Assembly (NCBI GenBank): GCA_041739995.1
Contig: JBGSMV010000018.1
Location: 11,165-75,164 of the forward strand
Direction of reading: 5' to 3'
DNA: 64,000 nt
From: Bdellovibrionota bacterium
GTDB lineage: Bacteria > Bdellovibrionota_C > UBA2361 > JBGSMV01
Below, in pieces: positions 28,553-38,753 of this stretch. The position numbers were made by a program, and so were the translations under genes. The first letter of the stretch is position 1; each line of letters begins with the position of its first letter. A model generated the notes under the pieces. It did no database searches, was not told where the DNA came from, and saw only the letters and a program-made list of their open reading frames with translations.

Positions 28553-29899
28553 ATGAATATTGCGGCAGGGGTAGATGAAGTTTTTGATCGCGCGAGTGCT
28601 GCCGTAAACCTTGGCAGCCGCTATATGCTGCGAGGTACCGTGACTGATGTAACGGGACTTGTGATCGAAGGAACTGGCCCCTTCGTTCCCGTAGGATCAA
28701 ATGTTTCTATACGATCCGGGGCGCTAAAGATGTCGGCTCAGGTGGTCGGATTTCGAAGTGACCGGGTACTACTAATGCCCTTCGGTGAAATTCAGGGGAT
28801 TGCCCCTGGGGCACAGATTCTTGCCGGTGGAGCAAGCGCTGAGGTGTTGGTTTCCGAGCGTCTTTTAGGGCGCGTGATAGATGCGATGGGCAATCCGCTC
28901 GACGGGATGCCATTAGATTCTCAAGGTACGCTTGTGCCTCTATATCGAGCGCCTCCGAATCCTATTACTCGAGCGCGTATTTCTGAGTGTTTTGATCTCG
29001 GAGTGCGCGCAATGAATTCGATGCTCACCGTGGGCGTCGGCCAGCGCGTGGGGATCATGGCCGGCTCTGGCGTTGGCAAATCGACCTTGTTGGGCATGAT
29101 CGCAAAGCACTCGGTCAGTGATATTAACGTGATCGCGCTGGTGGGTGAACGAGGTCGCGAGGTAAGAGAGTTTATTGAAAGAGATCTCGGACCTGAAGGT
29201 CTCGCACGCTCGATCGTGATTGTGGCAACCGGCAACGAGTCCGCACTCCTTCGTATTCGAGCTGCCTTTTTAGCGACCTCGATTGCTGAGTACTTTCGCG
29301 ATGCAGGACGACGCGTGGTGTTGATGCTCGATTCAATCACCCGCCTTGCCATGGCTCAAAGAGAAATTGGGCTCGCGATCGGGGAACCGCCAAGTACGCG
29401 TGGATACACGCCTTCAGTGTTTGCGATGCTCCCTCGTTTGCTTGAGCGCGCAGGAACTTCAGAAGGAGAGGGCTCGATCACTGGGCTTTATACGGTGCTG
29501 GTAGAGGGCGATGACATGAATGAGCCAATCGCGGATGCCACCCGAGGAATTCTTGATGGGCACGTGGTGCTCAGTCGCCGTCTTGCCGGAAAGGGCCATT
29601 TCCCTGCAATTGAAGTACTCGAAAGCGTGTCTCGCGTGATGAGTGAAGTGGTTCCAGATGAGGTGGTCGACTGTGCCGCTGAGGCCCGAGACATTATCGC
29701 CACTTACCGTGAAGCTGAAGATTTGATCACCATTGGCGCTTATAAGCCGGGACAAAATCTTCGAGTGGACAAAGCAGTCCGATTGATAGAGCCACTGACG
29801 GCATTTCTCAAGCAGCGTTCAACGGAGAGTACCTCGATGGCGGATAGTTGGCAGCAGCTTTCCGATATTGTGAATGCGGTCCCTGGTGGTGAAGCTTAA
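28553..29899 (+). CDS. fliI: Flagellar export ATPase FliI
   Basis: AGSGVGKST, VGERGREV, DSITRLAMAQREIGL, GSITGLYTVLVEGDD. Confidence 0.97.
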   Translation: MNIAAGVDEVFDRASAAVNLGSRYMLRGTVTDVTGLVIEGTGPFVPVGSNVSIRSGALKMSAQVVGFRSDRVLLMPFGEIQGIAPGAQILAGGASAEVLVSERLLGRVIDAMGNPLDGMPLDSQGTLVPLYRAPPNPITRARISECFDLGVRAMNSMLTVGVGQRVGIMAGSGVGKSTLLGMIAKHSVSDINVIALVGERGREVREFIERDLGPEGLARSIVIVATGNESALLRIRAAFLATSIAEYFRDAGRRVVLMLDSITRLAMAQREIGLAIGEPPSTRGYTPSVFAMLPRLLERAGTSEGEGSITGLYTVLVEGDDMNEPIADATRGILDGHVVLSRRLAGKGHFPAIEVLESVSRVMSEVVPDEVVDCAAEARDIIATYREAEDLITIGAYKPGQNLRVDKAVRLIEPLTAFLKQRSTESTSMADSWQQLSDIVNAVPGGEA

Positions 29900-30405
29900 T
29901 GAAGAAATTCAAATTTCGCCTGGAGCGAGTGCTGCAGTTTCGAATGGCGCTCAAGGATGAGCGCAAGAGAGACCTTCTGGATGCGAATCAGCGCCTGCGC
30001 GACGCCGAACAGGTGCAGGAGCAACTCAATGGGGAGCTTGCTCGCCATGGTCTGGAGAGTGGAGAGGTTTTGTTACTTGGAGAGCTTGAGCTGAGGGGGG
30101 TCTACCGAGAGCGGACCAAGCTCGCATTGGAGGCCCAAGGCGAGGCAGTGGCTATGCGCCAGGTCGACGTGGCGGCGGCACTGGAGAGCTATATTGAGGC
30201 CGCTAAGGACGCCAACGCACTGGAAGCGCTTAAGAAAAGGCGACTCCAAGAGTTCCAAGAGCGCATCCAAAAGCTTGAGGAAACCGCTCTCGATGAAATA
30301 GCGGTGCAGCGTGCCGGACGAAAGCTAGTCCTCGCACGTCGAGTCAAGCAGCAGCAGGGCGAAGTGGAAGTCAAGGAAGCTGATGGCGGCGCTTTGGACT
30401 CCTGA
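29899..30405 (+). CDS. fliJ: Flagellar export protein FliJ
   Basis: MKKFKFRLERVL start, coiled coil, LDE near C-terminus. Confidence 0.9.
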   Translation: MKKFKFRLERVLQFRMALKDERKRDLLDANQRLRDAEQVQEQLNGELARHGLESGEVLLLGELELRGVYRERTKLALEAQGEAVAMRQVDVAAALESYIEAAKDANALEALKKRRLQEFQERIQKLEETALDEIAVQRAGRKLVLARRVKQQQGEVEVKEADGGALDS

Positions 30406-30487
30406 AGTAGGCGACGTAGTGAAGTTTCAAGGCAGAAAGTAAATAGGCATCCTCGAACATTGGCTCAAGGATTGGAGGCAGACAGAG

Positions 30488-31339
30488 ATGGACAGCGCAA
30501 AGAAAAAACAAAGCATTTCTAGAGAGCAGGCCGGGGCTATCTATGATGATCTTCAGCAGACCATGAGCTCTTTGATAAAGAAGCATGGCGGCAAATTGCC
30601 TCCTGTTTCGAAGGCTGAAAAGAAATCTCAACGCGTTGCTGCTCCTCGCGGATCCGCACCAGTAGAGCCTAAGTCCGCTGACAAGAGAGTCATTCCTGAA
30701 GAGCATCCAGGATTGCCATTGATGCTTCCCACAAAAACCAATCGTGGCCATGTCGTAGCGCTCGGTTTGTTGGTGACCTTCGCGACTTTAAAGGTAATGT
30801 TCGCAGTTCTTGAAGCTTCGGGAGTTTTTGGAGTGTCAGCAGCGCAAGCGTCGATTGGGTTCGATGCAGCGGGCGCGACGAGTACCGGCATGCGAGTCCC
30901 ATTCAGTGAGCCGCGTACTCCTACACAACCTTTTTCACGTGAGGAGCTCTCCGTGCTTACCTCGCTTGACCATAGACGTTCTGAATTGGAGGAGCGCTCT
31001 CAGCGTCTCGACCAGCGCGAAGCGGATCTTCAGCTCCGAGATCGTGAGTACCTTGCTCGTCAAACACAGCTTAAGGAGTTAACCGATAAGCTCCAGGCGG
31101 AACGCGGCAAGAATGATAAGAAGAGAAACGGCCAGATTGATCAGCTTGCCAACGTGTATGGCTCCATGAATCCACCTGAAGCAGCGACGCTGATTGAGCA
31201 ACTTGACGTGCAGATTGCGCTTGAACTGCTTGAAAGAATGCCTGAGAAGCGAATTGGGCAAATTCTCTCACTCATGAACAGAGAGCGAGCGCTTACTATT
31301 ACGCGCATGTTGAGTGGAAAGGGCGAGCGAACGCACTAG
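30488..31339 (+). CDS. MotE/FlbB-like (MgtE N-domain) flagellar protein
   Basis: TM segment, coiled coil, YGSMNPPEAA...LERMPEKRIGQILSLM; conserved position after fliJ. Confidence 0.85.
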   Translation: MDSAKKKQSISREQAGAIYDDLQQTMSSLIKKHGGKLPPVSKAEKKSQRVAAPRGSAPVEPKSADKRVIPEEHPGLPLMLPTKTNRGHVVALGLLVTFATLKVMFAVLEASGVFGVSAAQASIGFDAAGATSTGMRVPFSEPRTPTQPFSREELSVLTSLDHRRSELEERSQRLDQREADLQLRDREYLARQTQLKELTDKLQAERGKNDKKRNGQIDQLANVYGSMNPPEAATLIEQLDVQIALELLERMPEKRIGQILSLMNRERALTITRMLSGKGERTH

Positions 31340-31453
31340 TGCCTAGGCGGGTAAATTTGAGTCGCATTTGATGAAAGACCTGGGACGCTCGGTCCAGACT
31401 CGGGGTGCTCCTGGTTCTCGTCAGCGCAAAGTAAGAGAAGATCTCTGCTGAAA

Positions 31454-32170
31454 CTAAGAACGGAAGTTCTGGAGCCGGGAAAAAGTTTTTTCCACCACTG
31501 CTTTGACCAAACAAATCGCGCCCGCACTTATTATCGAAATGCTGTGCGTGAGAGCTACCGAGAAAAGCTCTTGCCCGACGGTGAGCGCATACCACAGTCC
31601 GCTGATGTCTTTTACTATCGTTCCAATCTCCCGGAACCAGGAAACCGCTGCCGTGCGCTTACTGCGCCACATGTGTCGCGCCTGAGAGATTTTGCCGATT
31701 AGTAGAAAAACCGAAACGCCCGCCAACGCAAAGTCAGTTGCATTTGCGACGAGAGCAGAAGCGACGTAGATGCCGCTAGTCCGCGCAGTAATCATCAGTC
31801 CAAGAAAAACGATCCCGCACAATGCAGCAGTGAAATATGCTCGCGCACGTGGAAGGCGGTAATGTGCCAAAAATCCGAGAATTATGGTTGAGAGAATTAC
31901 TACAGGAATTCGAGTTCCTACCAACATCAAATCGAAATACGTTCTTGTCGCACCAGAGAGGGCGAAAAGTAGGAAGATGACAACTCCCACTACTTCGCGA
32001 AATGGAAGAAGCCCATCGCAGACCTGTTCAGGCGGCAGAGCGCCATTGATCGCCAACCGATGTCGTTTGAATAATTTTAGAACCTGAGCAGCGAAGCCAG
32101 CCACCGTGAAGGCGAGAAAAGTAACGGCAGCTAAAATCTCTGAAGGAACGTTCATGATAGCGCTAGACAT
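31454..32170 (-). CDS. Multi-pass membrane protein (possibly PQ-loop-like duplication)
   Basis: About 7 hydrophobic segments in two similar halves (GFAAQ..K / GKISQ..H; PFRE / WFRE). Confidence 0.7.
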   Translation of the reverse strand: MSSAIMNVPSEILAAVTFLAFTVAGFAAQVLKLFKRHRLAINGALPPEQVCDGLLPFREVVGVVIFLLFALSGATRTYFDLMLVGTRIPVVILSTIILGFLAHYRLPRARAYFTAALCGIVFLGLMITARTSGIYVASALVANATDFALAGVSVFLLIGKISQARHMWRSKRTAAVSWFREIGTIVKDISGLWYALTVGQELFSVALTHSISIISAGAICLVKAVVEKTFSRLQNFRS

Positions 32171-32401
32171 TGGTGCTCACTGTTCTTTCGCACAAGAGTC
32201 AAAGGCGGGAGGATTGGCAGAAATTCAGTGGAAAGACCGCCGGGGAGATGTTTTAGGGCAGGCTCAGGCGAGATTTTTGACTTGTCGCTTTGAGGAGAGT
32301 AGACGGGCGAATTATTGGTAACCGCAGGGGCGTGCGTTCAGCTTGTATCTTGAGGCCCATGCATGCAGCGTTTTCAGGGTAGTTTTTTTGAGGAGAGTGC
32401 T

Positions 32402-32803
32402 ATGCCAGCGCATCAAGAGTCGAGTTGTATCCCACCATTAGCCGCTGCCAGAACTTCAGGAGAAGTACCGGCGGCGTTAGGTTCCGCTGGTCTACAGGAT
32501 CTTTCAGCCTTACAGGGTGCCGGTTCACAGAGTGCCGGTGGTATGTCTCAGGTGGAGTTGGTAACGGCGGTCGTGCGGCGTCTGGCTGAGCAGAATCGGC
32601 CCTCTGATCTTACAGTAGTGGAGCAAGTACTTGGGCTGAATGCAGATGGCTTTAGCTCTATGGCGATAGCAGACCGCACTGACCTACCACCTCGTGAGAT
32701 AACCGGAATTCTAAGTACCGCCAATTTCTGCTCTCGTGAGCCTCGACCTGGAAGAATGGAGGGGCGAGTGATTGGATCTCGACCCGGTGCAGAAACCCAC
32801 TAG
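32402..32803 (+). CDS. Small protein with putative C-terminal helix-turn-helix
   Basis: GAGGAG RBS; VLGLNADGFSSMAIADRTDLPPREITGIL resembles a LuxR/sigma-4-type HTH. Confidence 0.55.
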   Translation: MPAHQESSCIPPLAAARTSGEVPAALGSAGLQDLSALQGAGSQSAGGMSQVELVTAVVRRLAEQNRPSDLTVVEQVLGLNADGFSSMAIADRTDLPPREITGILSTANFCSREPRPGRMEGRVIGSRPGAETH

Positions 32804-33088
32804 TTCGCTGACTTGCATCACGCACAGTTGAATTGCTACCGGGTTAATAACCAATCCGTGCACGCGCGTCTCATTCTAAATATAAAAGTCAATTCAATGG
32901 CTTAGCTATTGGAACGACTAGCTCGGCCAGTTGTGGCATTTTTGGGCTTGGCGCTTCGAGTTCACTGACTCGCAGTCTTGTCGACTCCAAAGCCTTCCTA
33001 TCGTACCGCAGCGGGAGCGCAAGCTCGAATACCTGCTCATTTTGAAGGGAACTCTTGCCAATGAATTCCCCTCGAGGACCAAGAGAGA

Positions 33089-35116
33089 ATGACTTCGCAT
33101 AGACAGGATTCAGCAGTTGAGAGGACCATGTTGGCGGCAGGAAAGCTGTACTGCCCATGGCGAGAAAGCTGGGTTGCTCGGCCAAAAATGGTTGCACCTG
33201 AGACGCTCACCATCGCTGATTGGAAGCAGTGCTTTAATTTGAAATGCACTCGACCCGATGCCCCGATCTTGCGGGCTTGGCAAGCAAATTTCTTGAGAGA
33301 TTGGTTCGGCACTTCAGGCTCCTTTGCATTACAGGCAGACCCTGGTGAAGGGAAAACCAGAGCGGCGCTTCTCGCAGCCGATCATATAATCAGCAGCGGT
33401 GGCTGCGCCGTGATTGTGGTGCAAACTAAGGATCACCTTCAGCAAATCGATCAGGAAATCCGAAGCCTCTTTACTGCGCCAGATGGCGGGCCGGTGGATC
33501 GGATTCTCGCAGTCTTGAGCGGGCGCCAAGGTCCTAAGGGGCGCCAAAAGATCTATGACGATCCCACTAAACAGTTGATTGTCATAACGGCGGAATGTTG
33601 TGCCCGTGATATGGGCTCGACCCCACGAAAGGGGAAGGAGGAACTCTCAATTCCGCCTCGTTTGAAGCTCACGAGTCGTGATTTGCTTGTTCTCGACGAG
33701 GGCGATCTCATGCGTGGGAACGAAGGACTCGCAAGAATACATCGCAAATGGAAGTCGATAGATCAGGGTGAGCAAACTACCGGACTAACGGCGAATCGAC
33801 CAAGGCTACTGATTCAAAGCGCCACACTGACTATCTCCCACAATCCGGACGAAGAACACGGGGAAGTGCTGGACTATAAAAAGCGGCACGGCGTTGAACG
33901 TTTCTTTAACGTTCCCGCTCCTAGTTCCTTGAATTACGACATTGCCCAGCCTTCCGTAGGGCGGCTCCCTGAAGGAGTCTGCATCGCAAGTCAAAGCATT
34001 CGAAACCAGTTTTGGGAACTGATCGAAGGAATCGAGTACGCTGAACTAGATGCCAATAACGATTCAGAATCTTCGGTGCAGCGCCGAATTCGTGCCTTGA
34101 ACAAAGGCCGGGTGAAAGAACCTCAGTACGGTCGCCTCGGCCTTGATGAAGGAGTTGTGGACACTGGACGCCACGTGCACGTACTTCCCTCAATAAAGAC
34201 GGTGCTTGGGCTTGTAAGTGCATTGCGTGCCAATATTGACGAATTTCCCGAGTGGCCACGAACGCAGGTGCTGCGCAACTGCTTGCGTGATGCCTATCAG
34301 GCGTTGACGCTTTATCATTGTAATTCTGTGCTCACCAATGAACTGCGTGTTTCGTTCTTGGAGTATGCGGGGCAATTGATTCACGAGAGTAAAGTAGGGG
34401 ATCGCTACCTTCCGCACTTAAGGGCTTTGTTTCCGCCGGGAGCTCTGCCCCCATGGTGGACTCAAATGGCCAGAGGAACTCCATATGAGAGTCTGCCGGG
34501 AAGCAGCGCGAGTTCGTTTTTTGGAAATGAGCGAGAGCTTGGCAGTGCAGCTCGAGAGCTCATGGACTGCAAAATTCAGGAGCATCCTAATCTGCGCAGC
34601 ACATTGCAGTGGCTGACCGGAGGTATCCGACAGCGCAGTCCCGGACAAGCCATGCTGGTGTGTGGTACCGCGATGGAGACCATGTATCTCAGAGATAAGA
34701 TCGAGAAAGAAACGGGAGAAAGCGGGGTTTCCTTGATGGGGCATAGTCATCTGGCCCCCTCCAGACGAAGCGAGAATTTTGGAAAGGCTCATTCTGGCGT
34801 GGCGTCCTTAGTGACCGCGACCTCTGTAGCCGAGCGCGGCGTTGACCTACAGTCCTTGAAGAATCTTTTGATCTTGAATCCCCCCTATGATTTGCGACAA
34901 GCAAAGCAGTTGTTGGGTCGAGTTGGTCGCAATCCGGAAATCCCCGGCTTGGTTTCGTTTATGTACGCCGAAGGTTCCAGCCGAGAAATAATGCTTAGGG
35001 CACTCGTAGCTAAATCTGCAAGGTATGGAGACGACTCTCCTCTCAAGCAACTATTTTTTGAGCGATTGCCGCGTCGCCGTCGCCGAGGCCCTGTAGGGCC
35101 GGGACTGTTTGAATGA
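33089..35116 (+). CDS. SF2 helicase, Hef/FANCM/Mph1-like
   Basis: RAWQ, ADPGEGKT, LVLDEGD, QSAT, EHPNL, TATSVAERGVDL, QLLGRVGR. Confidence 0.85.
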   Translation: MTSHRQDSAVERTMLAAGKLYCPWRESWVARPKMVAPETLTIADWKQCFNLKCTRPDAPILRAWQANFLRDWFGTSGSFALQADPGEGKTRAALLAADHIISSGGCAVIVVQTKDHLQQIDQEIRSLFTAPDGGPVDRILAVLSGRQGPKGRQKIYDDPTKQLIVITAECCARDMGSTPRKGKEELSIPPRLKLTSRDLLVLDEGDLMRGNEGLARIHRKWKSIDQGEQTTGLTANRPRLLIQSATLTISHNPDEEHGEVLDYKKRHGVERFFNVPAPSSLNYDIAQPSVGRLPEGVCIASQSIRNQFWELIEGIEYAELDANNDSESSVQRRIRALNKGRVKEPQYGRLGLDEGVVDTGRHVHVLPSIKTVLGLVSALRANIDEFPEWPRTQVLRNCLRDAYQALTLYHCNSVLTNELRVSFLEYAGQLIHESKVGDRYLPHLRALFPPGALPPWWTQMARGTPYESLPGSSASSFFGNERELGSAARELMDCKIQEHPNLRSTLQWLTGGIRQRSPGQAMLVCGTAMETMYLRDKIEKETGESGVSLMGHSHLAPSRRSENFGKAHSGVASLVTATSVAERGVDLQSLKNLLILNPPYDLRQAKQLLGRVGRNPEIPGLVSFMYAEGSSREIMLRALVAKSARYGDDSPLKQLFFERLPRRRRRGPVGPGLFE

Positions 35117-36894
35117 GTGGGGCGCTTTTCCGTCACATGACTCATGCGCATGAGCCGGTTCTGCGCCTTCCTCTGGCGCCGAGAACACTCAATGCAGTTG
35201 AAAGTAGTCGAGTATTCAGTCTGATGGCGGAAGGATTCACTTCCACTCAGGCAGAATTTGCGCAGCGTCGAGGAGTTCCAGATCTCCAACCCTATGTGAC
35301 CCCAAAAGCACCGTCGTTGAACGAGTTCCTCAAGCTCCCGGGAGTGCAGGAGTCGCTTGAGCTGATGGCCCAGGCGCGAACTCGCGCTGCGAAGATAGCA
35401 ATCTGTGGGGACTACGATGTCGACGGAGTCTGTTCAGTCGCGATAGCACAAGCTGCTTGTCAAGCGCTTGGCCTCGCTACTCATTGCGATACGCCGTGTC
35501 GTAGAAACGAAGGCTATGGGCTCAATTTTCGGATGGTGGAAGGGGCAACGGCCGAAGGCTGTACGGTGCTCTTAGCGCTCGACTTTGGAACTACTCAACA
35601 CAAAGTCATTCGCTACGCTCAGGAGCAAGGCATGCAAGTGGTGGTGATTGACCATCACAAATTAGGCGATTTTCCTCTGCCGTCTGCAGAGGCTCTGATT
35701 AATCCCAATGCGCGCGGTGATAAGTTCCAAGAATTCTGCGCTGCCGGGCTGTGCATGATGTGGGCGGCTTCGATACGAAAAGAACTCGGAGTGCCTCTGA
35801 ACATGGACAAAATCTGCGCCATGAGCGCCTTGGCTACCGTTGCGGATGTTATGCCGCTTAGTAAAGAGAGCAACCGTGCAGTGGTACGACACGGACGTGC
35901 GCTCGTGACCCAACACGAGGGACTTGCGACTTTGTGTGAGGTGCTTGGTATCAAAGGGGAAGCCAGCTTTTCTGATCTTGCCTTTCAGATTGGACCAGCG
36001 CTAAACGCGCCGGGAAGAATTCGGGCCAGAAACTTTGATTCTTGTGGACGGTTGGAACGCGGTGCCTTGGAGTCTCAGGATTTACTATTCGGTCATTCTA
36101 AAGGATTGACGTCAGAGCAGCTGACGGAGCTTGCCTCATCAATTAGAAGTGCCAATCAGGATCGTAAGACGCGCGAGCGAATAGACTATCAGCGCGCGCT
36201 TAAACTTTTGCGAGGTGGTCCATTGGGTCGGGCAATAGTGCTTGCCAGTGATTCGTTTGATCCGGGGCTTGTGGGGCTAGTGGCCTCACGTCTGTCAGAA
36301 AATTATGCCCGTCCCGTAGAAGCGATTGTATGGGATGGCAAAATCGGAAAAGGCTCGGTGCGCTCTGGTGGCGACCTTAGGGTATATGAAGCCCTTCACC
36401 GCTGTAGAGAGCACGAGATGCACTACGGGGGACACGACGCGGCGGGAGGAAACAAGTTAAAGCGCGAGCAGTTTGAAGCTTTTGCAAGTGCATTCGCTGC
36501 AGAAACCTTTCGTCAGTTGGGACCATTTAAGGCACCGACCATTCAGACCGATTTTGCGATGTCGCTTGCCGAAGTCGAGCGCGGACTTGAGGGGCTTGCA
36601 GACGAGCTCTCGCTGTTTGAGCCTTTTGGAAACGGGCATCTTGCACCGCGAATTCTGATACCAAACGTAACTATTTCGAGTTTTCTGCCAATCGGGGCGG
36701 AGCATTTTCTAGTTAAACTCTCTGAAAAATCTGCTCGTGGGGAGGCCTACCTGTGGCGAGGTACTGAAAGCCCATTGTTAAAACTGGCGGGTCATAAGGT
36801 GACGCTTGCCTGTCGCCTCGGATGGTATCGAGGGCAGGGGAGCCGAGAGCAGGCTCCCTCCTTGGAGATAGAAGGTGGAGCAAGCGCTCGGTAA
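35113..36894 (+). CDS. recJ: RecJ-family DHH ssDNA exonuclease
   Basis: GDYDVDG, EGYGL, LDFGT, IDHH, ATVADVMPL, GPALNAPGR, GSVRS, GGHDAAGG, FEPFGNG. Confidence 0.93.
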   Translation: MSGALFRHMTHAHEPVLRLPLAPRTLNAVESSRVFSLMAEGFTSTQAEFAQRRGVPDLQPYVTPKAPSLNEFLKLPGVQESLELMAQARTRAAKIAICGDYDVDGVCSVAIAQAACQALGLATHCDTPCRRNEGYGLNFRMVEGATAEGCTVLLALDFGTTQHKVIRYAQEQGMQVVVIDHHKLGDFPLPSAEALINPNARGDKFQEFCAAGLCMMWAASIRKELGVPLNMDKICAMSALATVADVMPLSKESNRAVVRHGRALVTQHEGLATLCEVLGIKGEASFSDLAFQIGPALNAPGRIRARNFDSCGRLERGALESQDLLFGHSKGLTSEQLTELASSIRSANQDRKTRERIDYQRALKLLRGGPLGRAIVLASDSFDPGLVGLVASRLSENYARPVEAIVWDGKIGKGSVRSGGDLRVYEALHRCREHEMHYGGHDAAGGNKLKREQFEAFASAFAAETFRQLGPFKAPTIQTDFAMSLAEVERGLEGLADELSLFEPFGNGHLAPRILIPNVTISSFLPIGAEHFLVKLSEKSARGEAYLWRGTESPLLKLAGHKVTLACRLGWYRGQGSREQAPSLEIEGGASAR

Positions 36895-36945
36895 CTTTTG
36901 TCGACGCAGGGTAGAGTAACATTCTAGGTACGGAGTCTGATTTCG

Positions 36946-37503
36946 CTACAGAGATCCGTTACGACCTGAGGGAGCAAACTCAACACAACGGGTTCGAGGC
37001 CCCGCAGCGACTCGACTCATCTGAAGGTAGAGACTTCCGCCCTCGGCTATTCTTCTGGCCTGACGTGCCAAGCGGCGCGCAAAGTGCTGTGGTGCTCTGC
37101 CAGTTCCACCGTAGAAACGTGGGCGACCGTTGCCGCTAAAGTTTGGCAAGTACCTGGCAAGTTCACCCGCCAAAGTCCCGTTTGCAAAGTAAAATGGTAG
37201 GGTAGTCCGTCGTAGAGAGGGGCATCGTCGAGCACAGACCAAGGTATAGCCGGTGGTGCGGCGGTCCAGCGGGTTCGAGAAATGAGCTGAAGCTTCCGAT
37301 TTAATCAAAAGATCTCCTGGCTCGATCACATCAATTGTGGCGCACACCGATGAGAGCGGATCTGGAGTTTCTTCCTCCTGAGCCATGGCGGGAGCGGTAT
37401 GCAGGCTTAGTACGAGGAGGCTCAGTCCGCAGAGGTGCCAGCCCTGGCACAGTATTCTGGACATGTTGACGGGGACTTGACTAAAGGAGGGAATACTCTT
37501 CAT
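36946..37503 (-). CDS. Hypothetical secreted protein
   Basis: Signal peptide ending AMA; four Cys in the mature part. Confidence 0.7.
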   Translation of the reverse strand: MKSIPSFSQVPVNMSRILCQGWHLCGLSLLVLSLHTAPAMAQEEETPDPLSSVCATIDVIEPGDLLIKSEASAHFSNPLDRRTTGYTLVCARRCPSLRRTTLPFYFANGTLAGELARYLPNFSGNGRPRFYGGTGRAPQHFARRLARQARRIAEGGSLYLQMSRVAAGPRTRCVEFAPSGRNGSL

Positions 37504-37761
37504 GGGGACGGCCTTTACGATATTCTTGGACTAGCTAATTAGATTGCGACGCGCTGCCTGTAGGAATATCGAAAGGCTGAATTGTCTTGCAAAGATCTGG
37601 GCGCTAAATTCTTGTAGCAAAGTCTCGTAGTACCGAAAGAATGAGAGAATTCAGTAAGCCAAAGAGACTCTAATTATCGTTCTTCGTGCAGACAGCGTAT
37701 TGCGCGCGAGATTGACCGCCGAGTACGCCAAAGGGTGAGAAGGATTATTCTCAAGAAGACA

Positions 37762-38469
37762 TCAGGCGGCCCGTCGGGTTCTAAGGTCCCGGAGGGAACG
37801 AGAAACACGGGATTTAACAGTGCCTACTGGCTCGCTGCGGGCCTCAGCTACCTGGCTCATAGTCAAGCCGCCTAAATACATGAGCTCTATACAGTGCTGC
37901 GCGTCTGGAGAGAGCTCCTTTACATGACCCCATGCCTGCTCGAAGGCTTCACGTAACATTGCAGACGATTGCGGAGAGGTTGAGTTCTCTTGATTCCGGA
38001 AGGAGAGAGTCTCAAGCGGATTGGTTGCGTCATCGTTTGAAGAGTTGAGATCCGTTGCGTATTTCACCGGACGGACCTTCTCTCGGCGATTCAGGTCAAC
38101 GATAGTGCGATTTGCTATTAGCATTACCCAAGATTGTGGTTGGCTCCGTGTTGGATCGTAGCGTTCGAGGCTTTTTGCCACACGCAGCCAAATTTCTTGA
38201 GCAACATCATCTCGCTTTGACGAATTAGATACCTTTCTCGCAACTATAGAATCTACTAGCGGGGAGAGTTCTCGGTGCCAAAGGCCAAGGTCGGTGCCAA
38301 ACGCTACTCCACGGGCGATGGCAGCCGCCGACAATTGGCGACCAGGAGCTTCGCTCGAGCTAAGGGTGGGGGCAGGGAACACCAGTTCGAGGGCTTTTGT
38401 TCCACGATCTTCGCTGCTGACGTTCGAGTCTTTTGGGGACGGTGGTGGTATGCGCCGCTGCTCTCTCAT
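37762..38469 (-). CDS. ECF sigma-70 factor (orphan 1)
   Basis: DDVAQEIW...YDPTR...W...TIVD region 2; PVGTVKSRVSR region 4; AAGGA RBS before ATG 38469. Confidence 0.9.
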   Translation of the reverse strand: MREQRRIPPPSPKDSNVSSEDRGTKALELVFPAPTLSSSEAPGRQLSAAAIARGVAFGTDLGLWHRELSPLVDSIVARKVSNSSKRDDVAQEIWLRVAKSLERYDPTRSQPQSWVMLIANRTIVDLNRREKVRPVKYATDLNSSNDDATNPLETLSFRNQENSTSPQSSAMLREAFEQAWGHVKELSPDAQHCIELMYLGGLTMSQVAEARSEPVGTVKSRVSRSLRDLRTRRAA

Positions 38470-38753
38470 GGATTCCTTCTCAAAGATAAAATCAGCTTTG
38501 GAATAACTCTCATCCCCATCAGGGTACAACAACGTAAAAGCTTAGTTTATTAGTAAACTTAGGCACTTACCAGAATAGCAAAGGCCCTGGTGATTGTGGA
38601 CTCTGACCCGCGTCTACGGCCTCATGCGATCTTCCTCCATAGCCATTCCGCAATACCGCTAACAGACGGATTAAACACACAAAAATTGTGAATCACCATT
38701 CCTCAACCTGCGCGCCAGAACAGACGATATTCAAGACGGAAGGGCTGAAAGTT

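Noticed and set aside
32889..33312. Minus-strand ORFs, or a frameshifted upstream extension of the helicase
   Set aside because: They overlap the helicase start on the opposite strand; there is an in-frame TGA at 33062 and no motif continuity upstream
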